A DNA stretch of 64,000 bases from an uncultured Chloroflexia bacterium (GCA_963829105.1 CAWHHF010000022.1:721685-785684); one strand, 5' to 3'. Positions 45,138 through 53,904 are shown, counted from the first letter of the stretch. Numbers and translations: made by a program. Notes: generated by a model from the letters alone, not told the origin.

Positions 45138-46805
45138 CTAGACCTCGACCACGACCGGGAACACCATCGGCCGGCGCTTGGTCTGCTCGTACAGGAAGCG
45201 CGAGAGGCTGTCCTTGATCTGGGACTTGAGCAGCGCCACCTCCGAGATCCGGTCGCCGGGGGCGTCGACGGCCGCGCGGAGCCGGCGGATGGCCTCCTCG
45301 ATGATCGGGTCCTCCTCGTTCCCGTGCACGAAGCCGCGGGTGATGATCTCGGGTCGCCCGACGACGCGCCCGGTCTGCTTGTCCACCTGGACCACGATCA
45401 TGAACATGCCGTCGTTGGCGAGGGCGCGCCGGTCACGCAGGACGACGTCGCCCACCTCGCCCACCGACAGGCCATCCACGTAGACGTAGCCCGCGGTCAC
45501 CGGCTGGCCGCGGCGGGCGCTGCCGTCGGCAAAGATCTCGATCGGCGTCCCGTTCTCGATGATGAACACGTTCTCCGGCAGGACGCCCGTCTCGATCGCC
45601 AGGCGGCCGTGCTGGACCAGCATCCGGAACTCGCCGTGCATCGGGATGAAGTGGGTGGGCCTGGTGAGCCCCAGCATCAGCTTGAGCTCCTCCTGGCTCG
45701 CGTGGCCGGAGACGTGGGCGCGCTTGATCGCGTGGTAGTAGACGTTCGCGCCGGCCTTGAACAGGTTGTCGATCGTCCGGGCGACGTACTCCTCGTTGCC
45801 GGGGATCGGGCTGGCGGACACGATCACCGTGTCGCCGGGCTGGATCTCCACGAAGCGGTGGTCGCGGTTGGCCATACGCGCCAGGCCTGCCATCGGCTCG
45901 CCCTGGGCGCCGGTCGTGGCGATGACGAGCTTGCCCGCGGCCACGTCCTTGATCTTGTCCTTGCCCACGATCATCGACGGCTCGTACTTGAGGTAGCCGA
46001 GGTCGGTGGCGATCCGGAAGTTCTGCTCCATGGACCGGCCGATGACGGCCGTCTTGCGGCCCAGGTCGGCCGCGGCGTCCAGGACCTGCTGCACGCGGGC
46101 GATGTTGCTGGCGAAGGTGGCGATGATCACGCGGCCGTCGAGCGGCTCCATGATCTCGCGGAAGGCCTCCCCGACGGTCCGCTCGGACGGGGTGTAGCCC
46201 GGGTTCTCCGCGCGGGTTGAATCCGACAGGAGGCAGATGACGCCCTCCTCGCCCAGCCGGGCGAGGATGTGGAAGTCGGACAGCTTGCCGTCGACCGGCG
46301 TGTGGTCGAACTTGAAGTCGCCGGTGTGGACCACGATGCCGACGGGCGTGCGCAGCGCGATCCCCATCGCGTCCGGGATGGAGTGGCCGATCCGGAACGG
46401 GATAGCCGTGAACGGCCCGATCTCGAGCTCGTCGCCGGGCTCGAGCGAGTGCAGCGGGTTGTTGTGGAGCTTGTGCTCCTTGATCTTGTTGCCCAGGAGG
46501 CCACGGGCCAGCGTGCTCGCATACACGGGGACGCCCGGGAACTCGGGCAGGACGTAGGGCAGCCCTCCGACGTGGTCCTCGTGGGCGTGGGTGATGAGGA
46601 ACGCCCGGACCTTGGAGCGGTTCTCCATGAGGTAGCTCACGTCGGGCACGACGAGGTCGATGCCGAACATCTCCTCGTCCGGGAACATGAGGCCGCAGTC
46701 GATGACGACGATGTCGTCACCGTACTCGAACACGTACATGTTCTTGCCGATCTCCCCCACCCCGCCGAGCGGGATGATCCGGAGAGGTGTGCTGGGGTCT
46801 GCCAT
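45138..46805 (-). CDS. rnj: Ribonuclease J
   Basis: Beta-CASP metallo-beta-lactamase motifs ITHAHEDHVGGLPY, HTGDFKFD, HVSGHASQEEL. Confidence 0.95.
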   Translation of the reverse strand: MADPSTPLRIIPLGGVGEIGKNMYVFEYGDDIVVIDCGLMFPDEEMFGIDLVVPDVSYLMENRSKVRAFLITHAHEDHVGGLPYVLPEFPGVPVYASTLARGLLGNKIKEHKLHNNPLHSLEPGDELEIGPFTAIPFRIGHSIPDAMGIALRTPVGIVVHTGDFKFDHTPVDGKLSDFHILARLGEEGVICLLSDSTRAENPGYTPSERTVGEAFREIMEPLDGRVIIATFASNIARVQQVLDAAADLGRKTAVIGRSMEQNFRIATDLGYLKYEPSMIVGKDKIKDVAAGKLVIATTGAQGEPMAGLARMANRDHRFVEIQPGDTVIVSASPIPGNEEYVARTIDNLFKAGANVYYHAIKRAHVSGHASQEELKLMLGLTRPTHFIPMHGEFRMLVQHGRLAIETGVLPENVFIIENGTPIEIFADGSARRGQPVTAGYVYVDGLSVGEVGDVVLRDRRALANDGMFMIVVQVDKQTGRVVGRPEIITRGFVHGNEEDPIIEEAIRRLRAAVDAPGDRISEVALLKSQIKDSLSRFLYEQTKRRPMVFPVVVEV

Positions 46806-46831
46806 GGTGGTCTCGATCGTCCTTGAGGGGT

Positions 46832-47782
46832 TCAGAACAGGGTGAGCTGTGAGGCGTCGCCGGCCGCGGGATCGGCGGGGGCGACGGCTGGTGGCGTGGC
46901 GGCGGCTGTGGACGCAGGGGGCGTGGCGCCGGGGTCGGCGGGCGTCTTGTCCAGGGCGGCCATCTCGTCCGCGGCGGGCATCTCGTTCGGGCGCGGCGCC
47001 GGGGCGCCGACCGGCGTGTCGGTCGCCGCCGGGCGGGAGACCGGCGTCGCTTCGGACGCGGGGCCGGCAATCGTCGTGGCGGGGAGCGCAGCTGTCGTGG
47101 CGGGGAGCGCAGCTGTCGTGGCGGAGTCAGTGGCCGTCGTGGCGGAATCAGTGGCCGTCGTCGCGGGGCCCGAGGTCCCGCCCGCCTCGCGGCGCTCGCG
47201 GGCAAGGACCAGCACCGACGGGACAAGGGCGATGTCCTCGAAGCTCTCGCGCTCGATGGCCGCCGTTCGGAGCGCCGCGGCCGGGTGATACATCGCGAAC
47301 ACGAGCGCATCGCGGGCGCCCGTCAGCGGGTCCGCGGGCCGCTTGGTGCCGTGGACCTGCCCGATCCGGGCGCCGGGCATGAACGTCGCCATGGAGTACC
47401 TGCCGAGCGTGACGACCACGGCCGGGTCCAGCGCGGCAAGCTGGCGCCGCAGGAACGGCGCGCAGGAGGCGATCTCATCGGGCAGCGGATCCCGGTTGGC
47501 GGGCGGACGGCACTTCACCACGTTGGTGATGAACACGTCCTCGCGCTGCCATCCGATGCTGCCCAGGAGGCCGACCAGCAGGGCTCCGGCGCGGCCGACG
47601 AACGGACGCCCTTCGCGGTCCTCGTTCATGCCGGGTCCCTCGCCGACGAGCACGACCTCCGTGTCGGGGTCGCCCTCACCCGGCACGGCACGTGTCCGGC
47701 CCTCGTGGAGGCGGCAACGGGTGCAGTCCCGGACCTCGCTCGCGATCTGCTCGAGCGCCTCGAGGCGCTCGCGTCGCGTCAC
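46832..47782 (-). CDS. Family-4 uracil-DNA glycosylase with an about 110-aa low-complexity C-terminal tail
   Basis: Fe-S/UDG4 motifs CTRCRLHEGRTRAVPGEG, GEGPGMNEDREGRPFVGRAG, NVVKCRPP and HPAA. The tail carries ATTATDS x2 and ATTAALP x2. Confidence 0.85.
   Translation of the reverse strand: MTRRERLEALEQIASEVRDCTRCRLHEGRTRAVPGEGDPDTEVVLVGEGPGMNEDREGRPFVGRAGALLVGLLGSIGWQREDVFITNVVKCRPPANRDPLPDEIASCAPFLRRQLAALDPAVVVTLGRYSMATFMPGARIGQVHGTKRPADPLTGARDALVFAMYHPAAALRTAAIERESFEDIALVPSVLVLARERREAGGTSGPATTATDSATTATDSATTAALPATTAALPATTIAGPASEATPVSRPAATDTPVGAPAPRPNEMPAADEMAALDKTPADPGATPPASTAAATPPAVAPADPAAGDASQLTLF
47073..47156. repeat. 4 x 21-bp in-frame tandem repeat in the UDG tail (two sub-types)
   Basis: gtcgtggcggggagcgcagct x2, then gtcgtggcgga(g/a)tcagtggcc x2, read directly. 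Confidence 0.9.
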
Positions 47783-48897
47783 CCGGTTCGTCCCCCGGAC
47801 GCACCCACGGCTCGGCGTTCGCTGGCCTTGCGGACCCAGCCCCGCTCAACCAGTGCCTCCGCGATCTCCACGGCGTTGGACGCCGCTCCCTTGCGCAGGT
47901 TGTCCGAGACCACCCAGAAGGCCAGGCCCCGGTTGTCGGGGATGGACGGGTCCTGGCGAACCCGGCCGACGTAGACCTCGTCGGAGCCCGCGGCCTCGGT
48001 CGCGAGCGGGTAGACGTTGGCGGACGGGGCATCCTGGACGACGACGCCCTTGACGGCGGCGAACAGCTCGCGGGCCCGTTCCGGGGTGATCGGGTCACGG
48101 GTCTCGACGTGGACCGCCTCGGAGTGGCTGACGAACACCGGGACGCGGACCGCCGTGCAGGAGACGCGCAGGTCCGGCAGGTGCAGGATCTTGCGGCTCT
48201 CCGTGACGACCTTCCACTCCTCCTTGGTGTACCCGTTGTCCAGGAACACGTCGATGTGCGGCAGCGCATTGAAACCGATCAGGTGCGGGTAGACAGTGGC
48301 GACCTTCGGGCGGCCCTCGGCGTGCGCCCTGATCTGCTCGTCGAGCTCCACGATCGCCTTGTGCCCCGTGCCCGCCACCGCCTGGTACGTGTCCACGATC
48401 ATCCGCTCGATGCCGACGGCGTCGCGCAGCGCCATCAGCGGCGGCATGAGCTGCATCGTCGAGCAGTTCGGGTTGGCGATGATCCCCTCGTGCCACTCGA
48501 GGTCGTCGGGGTTGACCTGCGACACGACGAGCGGAACCGCGGGATCCATGCGCCAGGCGCTCGAGTTGTCGATGACGGCGGCGCCGCGCTTCGCCGCCTC
48601 GGGGGCCAGCTCCTTCGAGGTGCCGCCGCCGGCGCTGAACAGCGCGATGTCCACGCCCTCGAACGCCTCGGGGGTCGCCAGGCCCACCTCGAACTCCCGG
48701 CCGTCCACGGTCATCGTGGTCCCGGCCGATCGGGGCGAGGCCAGGAGGCGGAGCTCGGTGAACGGGAGCTGCTTCTCGAGCAGGACCGTGATCATGGTCC
48801 GGCCGACGGCGCCGGTCGCGCCGACGACCGCGACGACGAGGGAGTTCGGGCTGGTTTCGGGCACGGTCCGACCTGCTAGCGATGGGTTGTCGGGCAC
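47779..48897 (-). CDS. asd: Aspartate-semialdehyde dehydrogenase
   Basis: VAVVGATGAVG, active site IANPNCSTMQ, SHSEAV. GTG start at 48897. The stop overlaps the UDG start. Confidence 0.95.
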   Translation of the reverse strand: MPDNPSLAGRTVPETSPNSLVVAVVGATGAVGRTMITVLLEKQLPFTELRLLASPRSAGTTMTVDGREFEVGLATPEAFEGVDIALFSAGGGTSKELAPEAAKRGAAVIDNSSAWRMDPAVPLVVSQVNPDDLEWHEGIIANPNCSTMQLMPPLMALRDAVGIERMIVDTYQAVAGTGHKAIVELDEQIRAHAEGRPKVATVYPHLIGFNALPHIDVFLDNGYTKEEWKVVTESRKILHLPDLRVSCTAVRVPVFVSHSEAVHVETRDPITPERARELFAAVKGVVVQDAPSANVYPLATEAAGSDEVYVGRVRQDPSIPDNRGLAFWVVSDNLRKGAASNAVEIAEALVERGWVRKASERRAVGASGGRTG

Positions 48898-48903
48898 GGC
48901 CGG

Positions 48904-48912
48904 AGTATACCA
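48904..48912 (-). promoter_or_regulatory. Candidate extended -10 element (TGgTATACT) 6 nt upstream of the asd GTG, implying a leaderless asd mRNA
   Basis: The minus-strand sequence ctgGTATACTccggccGTG was read directly, and no SD lies between it and the start. Function is inferred. Confidence 0.4.
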
Positions 48913-49298
48913 GCGGGCCCCGGCCGCCTATCTCGAGACGTGGCCGGGTCGAGACCCGTCGTGGCTCCTCTGTTGCGGACCCTGAACCGGGCTGCCGCGG
49001 CCCGGCAGGCCCCGACATGACCCCCCAGTCGATGGAACGCGAGCCCCGGGGTCCGGATCGTGACGGTGATGCAGGAATCGACGCCGGAACCGGCCGGCCA
49101 AGGCGGACCGACCGCCGGCTTCCTGACTGCCAGGCACGGGACCGACGACCCGTCCCCGGTTCCATCGACCACCGGTCACGAGACAGCAGACACAAGTCAC
49201 GAGGCCGCAGACCCCGGCAACCTCGTCATCCGGCTCGCCTTGGCGCGGGACGAAGGAGGCGCCGGTCCCTGGCCGGCTCGCGCCCGGCCCGGGACGAC

Positions 49299-49331
49299 GA
49301 AGCGCCCCCGGGCGGAGCCCGGGGGCGCTTC
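49299..49331 (-). terminator. Perfect 14-bp GC hairpin just downstream of pnp
   Basis: gaagcgcccccggg-cggag-cccgggggcgcttc. There is no clear U-tract on the pnp strand. Confidence 0.55.
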
Positions 49332-49361
49332 TCTCGAGCGCGTGTTGTTCCGGCGCGACGG

Positions 49362-51947
49362 CTACTTGGCGAGGTGCCGCTGCATCGCCGCCTTGCGGGA
49401 GAGGTTGACACGGCCCTGGCGGTCGATCTCGGTGACCACGACCATGACCTCATCGCCCACCGACACGACGTCCTCGACGGACGGCACGTGGTAGTCGGCC
49501 AGCTCGCCGATACGGATGAGGCCCTCCTTGCCCGGCAGGATCTCGACGAAGCACCCGAACGTCATCAGCCGGGTCACCTTGCCGAGGTACAGGGCGCCGA
49601 TCTCGACCTCGCGGGTGAGGCTCTCGATCCAGTTGATCGCCTTGCGCGAGTTCTCGCCGGAGACGGCCGCGATCTCCACGGTGCCGTCGTCCTCGACGTT
49701 GATCTCGGTGCCGGTCTCCTCCTGGATCTTGCGGATCATGGATCCGCCCTTGCCGATGATCTCGCGGATCTTCTCGGGGTTGATCTTGATCGTGATGATC
49801 CGCGGCGCGAACTCGGACATCTCCTCGCGAGCCGTGGGCAGGACCGACGTCATCTTGTCCAGGATGAACAGGCGGGCGGCGAGGGCCTGCTTGAGCCCCT
49901 CGCGGATGACCCGCTCGTCGATGCCCTTGACCTTGATGTCCATCTGCAGGGCGGTGATGCCCTCCGTGGTCCCGGTCACCTTGAAGTCCATGTCGCCGAT
50001 CGAATCCTCCTTGCCGAGGATGTCGGTCAGGACCACGAAGTTGCCGGTGTCCCCGTCGAGCACGAGGCCCATCGCCGCGCCGGCGACCGGCGCCTTGATC
50101 GGCACGCCGGCGTCCATGAGGGCGAGGGTCGATCCGCAGGTGGACGCCATCGAGGTGGAGCCGTTGCCCGACACGACCTCGGAGACGAGGCGGATGACGT
50201 AGGGGAACTCCTCCTGCGTCGGGAGCACGGGCAGGAGCGCCCGGGCGGCAAGGTTGCCGTGCCCGATGTCCCGGCGGGACGGCCCGCGCATCGGCTTGTT
50301 CTCACCCGTGCTGTAGGGCGGGAAGTTGTAGTGGTGCAGGTAGCGCCTGGACAGCTCGGGGCTGATCGTGTCGATGCGCTGGACGTCCGAGGACGGCCCG
50401 AGCGTGGCGACGGTCAGCGCCTGTGTCTGGCCTCGGGTGAACAGGCCCGAGCCGTGCGCGCGGGGCAGGAGGCCGACCTCGACCGAGATCGGGCGGATCT
50501 CGTCGACGGCGCGGCCGTCCATCCGGAGGCCCTCCCGCAGGACGAGCTCGCGGACGACCTTCTTCTGGACCAGCCCGAACAGGCTCTTGCTGAAGCGCGC
50601 GTTGCGGCGGGCCGCCTCCAGCAGGCGGGCGGACTCGTCCTTGTCGGTGCGGGTGGCCCGGACCGCGGTCGCGATGCCGTCCCGGAGGGTCTCGATGCGG
50701 CCGGGCAGGTCGTTGCCGAACCAGGCCAGGAGGTTGGCGGTCGCCTCGGCATCCGGCAGGGCGCGGTGATTCTCGGAGAGCTCGACCCCGAAGAAGTTCG
50801 CCAGGGTCCCCAGCTTGTAGTTCTCGAGATCCGGGTAGCCCTCGCGGGCGATGACGAGCGTGTCGAGGTACCGGCCCTGCCCGATGCGGGTGCCGTCGCC
50901 GAGGGCCTCCTCGATGAACGCGATGTCGAACCCGACGGAGTGGCCGACGATCGGCGCGTCGCCGACGAACTCCAGCGCCCTGCGCGCGGCCTCGGCCGGG
51001 CTCGGGGCACCCTCGACGTCCTTGTCGGTGATGCCGTGCATCTGGTTGCCGACGATCGGCCGGCCGGGGTTGACGAGCGTTGACCAGGTGTCGGTGATCG
51101 TGCCGCCCTTGACGCGAACGGCCGCGATCTCCACGAGGTCCGCCATCTTCGGGTCGGTGCCGGTGGTCTCGACGTCCACCACCACGAACTCGCCGCCGGC
51201 CTTCGCCAGGTCTGCGAACGCCAGCACGGAGTCGGTGAGCGGCTCGAGGTACGGGACCAGCTTCGGCTTGCCGACGAGCGCCTGGAGCCTGTCCTGGAGC
51301 TCGACGAGCGGCAGCAGGGACCGCTGGGCGAACAGGATCGCCTCCGCCATCACGTCCTCGGGCAGGATCTTGACCCCTGCCTCGACCATCATGATGGCGT
51401 CGCGGGTACCGGAGACGACCAGGTCGAGGTCGGAATCCGCGAGCTCGGTGTAGGTGGGGTTGAGGACGAACTCCCCGTTGATCCGGCCGACGCGGACGGC
51501 GCCGACGGGGCCCTGGAACGGGATCTCGCTGATCGTGAGGGCGGCAGACCCTGCGATCGTGCCGAGGACGTCCGGGTCGTTCTCCTGGTCCGTCGAGAGG
51601 ACGGTGATCACGATCTGGACGTCGTCCTTGTAGCCCTCGGGGAAGAGCGGGCGGATCGGGCGGTCCGTGAGCCGGGCCGCGAGGGTCGCGGCCTCGGACA
51701 TGCGGCCTTCGCGCTTGATGAAGCCGCCCGGGATCTTGCCGGCCGCGTACATCCGCTCCTCGAACTCGACGGTGAGCGGGAAGAAGTCGAGACCGGGCCT
51801 CGGCTGGCTGCGGTTGGCCGTCCCGAGGACGAGGGTGTCGCCGTAGCGCAGGGTGACCGCGCCGCCGGCGAGGCCGGCGAGCTTGCCGGTCTCGAGCGTG
51901 AGGGTTCGACCGCCGAACTCGATCTCGAGCGTGGTGGGTGTGGGCAC
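49362..51947 (-). CDS. pnp: Polyribonucleotide nucleotidyltransferase (PNPase) with an inserted DEDDh exonuclease domain (861 aa)
   Basis: GTG 51947 lies about 9 nt after AAGGAGG. PH-1 (FFPLTVEFEERMYAAGKIPGGFIKREGR), PH-2 (DGRAVDEIRPI, RAHGSGLFTRGQTQ, RRDIGHGNLA, STSMASTCG, DFKVTGT), KH (GKGGSMIRKI), S1 (GKVTRLMTFGCFVEI). Confidence 0.95.
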   Translation of the reverse strand: MPTPTTLEIEFGGRTLTLETGKLAGLAGGAVTLRYGDTLVLGTANRSQPRPGLDFFPLTVEFEERMYAAGKIPGGFIKREGRMSEAATLAARLTDRPIRPLFPEGYKDDVQIVITVLSTDQENDPDVLGTIAGSAALTISEIPFQGPVGAVRVGRINGEFVLNPTYTELADSDLDLVVSGTRDAIMMVEAGVKILPEDVMAEAILFAQRSLLPLVELQDRLQALVGKPKLVPYLEPLTDSVLAFADLAKAGGEFVVVDVETTGTDPKMADLVEIAAVRVKGGTITDTWSTLVNPGRPIVGNQMHGITDKDVEGAPSPAEAARRALEFVGDAPIVGHSVGFDIAFIEEALGDGTRIGQGRYLDTLVIAREGYPDLENYKLGTLANFFGVELSENHRALPDAEATANLLAWFGNDLPGRIETLRDGIATAVRATRTDKDESARLLEAARRNARFSKSLFGLVQKKVVRELVLREGLRMDGRAVDEIRPISVEVGLLPRAHGSGLFTRGQTQALTVATLGPSSDVQRIDTISPELSRRYLHHYNFPPYSTGENKPMRGPSRRDIGHGNLAARALLPVLPTQEEFPYVIRLVSEVVSGNGSTSMASTCGSTLALMDAGVPIKAPVAGAAMGLVLDGDTGNFVVLTDILGKEDSIGDMDFKVTGTTEGITALQMDIKVKGIDERVIREGLKQALAARLFILDKMTSVLPTAREEMSEFAPRIITIKINPEKIREIIGKGGSMIRKIQEETGTEINVEDDGTVEIAAVSGENSRKAINWIESLTREVEIGALYLGKVTRLMTFGCFVEILPGKEGLIRIGELADYHVPSVEDVVSVGDEVMVVVTEIDRQGRVNLSRKAAMQRHLAK
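50712..51200 (-). other. DnaQ/RNase T-like DEDDh 3'-5' exonuclease domain embedded in pnp (aa about 250-412)
   Basis: ExoI FVVVDVETTG, ExoII IVGHSVGFDIAFI, ExoIII ENHRALPDAEATANLL. The frame is continuous with PNPase on both sides. Confidence 0.8.
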
Positions 51948-52023
51948 GGGTGTACGACCTCCTTGGTCGTGGGGGTTGGGATCGACCTGGCGAATGGGGC
52001 CGGGGCGAGGATCCGGATGCGGA

Positions 52024-52049
52024 CGACCCCGGGGCAGAGCCCGGGGTCG
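52024..52049 (-). terminator. 10-bp GC hairpin in the rpsO-pnp spacer (rpsO attenuator/terminator or pnp leader structure)
   Basis: cgaccccggg-gcagag-cccggggtcg, 15 nt after the rpsO stop. Confidence 0.45.
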
Positions 52050-52063
52050 CGGTGCGGCGAGTC

Positions 52064-52333
52064 CTAGCGGCGAAGCCCGAGCCGACCGATGACGGCCCGG
52101 TAGCGGGTGGCGTCCTTCTTCACCAGGTAGGCGAGAAGGCGCCGGCGCTGACCCACGAGCTTGAGGAGGCCGCGGCGCGAATGGTTGTCCTTCGGGAAGC
52201 GGCGGAGGTGCTCCGTCAGGTCCCGGATCCGCTCCGTCAGGAGGGCGATCTGGACCTCGGGCGAGCCGGTGTCGCCACTCTGGACGGCGTACGACTCGAT
52301 GACCTCTTGCTTCTTCTCCCGCGCGAGCGGCAC
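52064..52333 (-). CDS. rpsO: 30S ribosomal protein S15
   Basis: [54 protein letters not shown] follows GGAGG. Confidence 0.95.
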   Translation of the reverse strand: MPLAREKKQEVIESYAVQSGDTGSPEVQIALLTERIRDLTEHLRRFPKDNHSRRGLLKLVGQRRRLLAYLVKKDATRYRAVIGRLGLRR

Positions 52334-52501
52334 TCGATCCTCCGACACGAACGTTGGTATCAACTGTCTTTCTGTTCTTTGACCGGCGGAGGATAGCAGG
52401 CTGCCGCCACAACGGGCAAACGCCTGTCCGGGCAATGGGCAAACGCCGCCCGCCGAGAGACGGCGGCGCTGGGTCACGTCAGGCGGGGGTACGGCGTCGG
52501 G

Positions 52502-53884
52502 TCAGGCCACCGTCATCGCCTGATCCGGGCGGAGCAGGTACGGCGGGAGGTACGCCGGAAGGTTGGAGAACGGCAGCACGTCAGCGTGGAGGCGTATCCC
52601 GAGGACGTCCATCATGAACCGTCGACGCGCCTCGATCCGGCTCCAGGCCGCGGGGTATCGCGCCGCGAAGGCCGCCCGGAGCGACGCGTCCGCGAGCGCG
52701 ATCCCGTCCTCGATGTTGCTGGTGAACCACGGCGTGCCGGTGGCCGGGATGATGTCCGCCTGGAGGGCCATCCCCGATCGCAGCTCGGTCCGGGAGTCGC
52801 GGAACACCGGCGAGCCGACCCACTCGTCGAGATGGATCTGGTGACCTGCGTTGAGGAAGATCCCGAAGAACGGGTCGCCGAGGTGGCGATCGATGATCGC
52901 GTGCAGTGCTCCACCGGTCTGGCCCACGTGGAGGGCTTCGTACCACTCGGCTACAGCCGCGAAGTACGGCCCGACGAGGCGGTCCGCGTAGTCCCTGATC
53001 CCGCCCGGCAGCTGGTCCGGTCCCTCGACGACGAACCCGGCCCGGCAGGTCAGGGCGCCCCAGATGCCGAAGGCCACGGTGAACGGGTCCCCCCGCTCGA
53101 TCGGGCGTCCGCTCGGGCTCAGCAGACCGTGCGCGGCTCGCGGGCCTGCCGTGAGCATCAGGTGACACGAGAGCGGCGTTCCGTCCCAGCCCAGCAGGCT
53201 GACCGCCTGATCCTCGGGCAGCCCCGGGCGGAGGCCGAGGAGCAGGTTCCGGACGCCGTCGGACGTGCGGCACGACGCGTGCTCCATGACCGCGAGCTGG
53301 TCCACGTCGTTGATGACGCGCAGGCCGTCCGCGGCGTCGATCAGCAGCCCGTTCGCGTTGACCACGGCGCCGCCGGGCCCAGCCAGCCGCCGAAGCTCGT
53401 CGGCGAGAAACGACGGCACCTCGAGCAGCGCGGGATCCGCGTACGACTTCCAGCCCAGCACGCCCACGTGGTCGCCGCGGCCGATCCCCTCCTCCGCCAG
53501 GATCGCCCCCAACGGTCGCGACCGGTCGCGCGGCTGGGCGGGCAGGCTGAGGTCCTGGAACAGGTGGCGGCGCATCCGGAGCGGCGCCACGCCGGCGACA
53601 CCGTGGCACTCGTTGCCCACCAGGATCGCGGGTTCGGCGAGCCGATCGCGCACGTCGAGGACGAGGATCGCCTCCTCGAACCGCGGGTCGAACCCGGTCA
53701 GGAAGGCGAGGTTCGCGCTGTGCTCCCGGTCGGCGTAGACCACCAGCCGGTCGTACCCGTGACCCGCGGCACGCACGCGCAGCTGGGCGATCCGGCCCGC
53801 ATAGGCCTCCGGCGGGATCGACGGACGCGGGCCGGGCGGGCCGAAGTCGGGCATGCCGATCTCCGCCACCCGCGCCCTCGCCAT
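52502..53884 (-). CDS. Creatinase/prolidase-fold (M24-like) protein, apparently lacking canonical metal ligands
   Basis: N-terminal creatinase_N-like region (DRLVVYADREHSANLAFLTGF). The C-terminal pita-bread-like region has GDPFTVAFGIWGALTCRAG, AGHQIHLDEW, GMALQADIIP and IEDGIAL where M24 enzymes carry D, D, H, E, E. Confidence 0.6.
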   Translation of the reverse strand: MARARVAEIGMPDFGPPGPRPSIPPEAYAGRIAQLRVRAAGHGYDRLVVYADREHSANLAFLTGFDPRFEEAILVLDVRDRLAEPAILVGNECHGVAGVAPLRMRRHLFQDLSLPAQPRDRSRPLGAILAEEGIGRGDHVGVLGWKSYADPALLEVPSFLADELRRLAGPGGAVVNANGLLIDAADGLRVINDVDQLAVMEHASCRTSDGVRNLLLGLRPGLPEDQAVSLLGWDGTPLSCHLMLTAGPRAAHGLLSPSGRPIERGDPFTVAFGIWGALTCRAGFVVEGPDQLPGGIRDYADRLVGPYFAAVAEWYEALHVGQTGGALHAIIDRHLGDPFFGIFLNAGHQIHLDEWVGSPVFRDSRTELRSGMALQADIIPATGTPWFTSNIEDGIALADASLRAAFAARYPAAWSRIEARRRFMMDVLGIRLHADVLPFSNLPAYLPPYLLRPDQAMTVA

Positions 53885-53904
53885 CCGCGTCCCTCCCGTG
53901 TCGT

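Noticed and set aside
48882-51083. 733-aa plus-strand ORF
   Set aside because: It is antisense to pnp, whose identity is unambiguous, and has no protein-like motifs.
52337-52394. 8-bp pairing (ATCCTCCG/CGGAGGAT) that could sequester the rpsO Shine-Dalgarno as an S15 autoregulatory leader
   Set aside because: The upstream arm coincides with the best -10 candidate (TATCCT), so it may not be in the transcript. I cannot decide without a mapped TSS.
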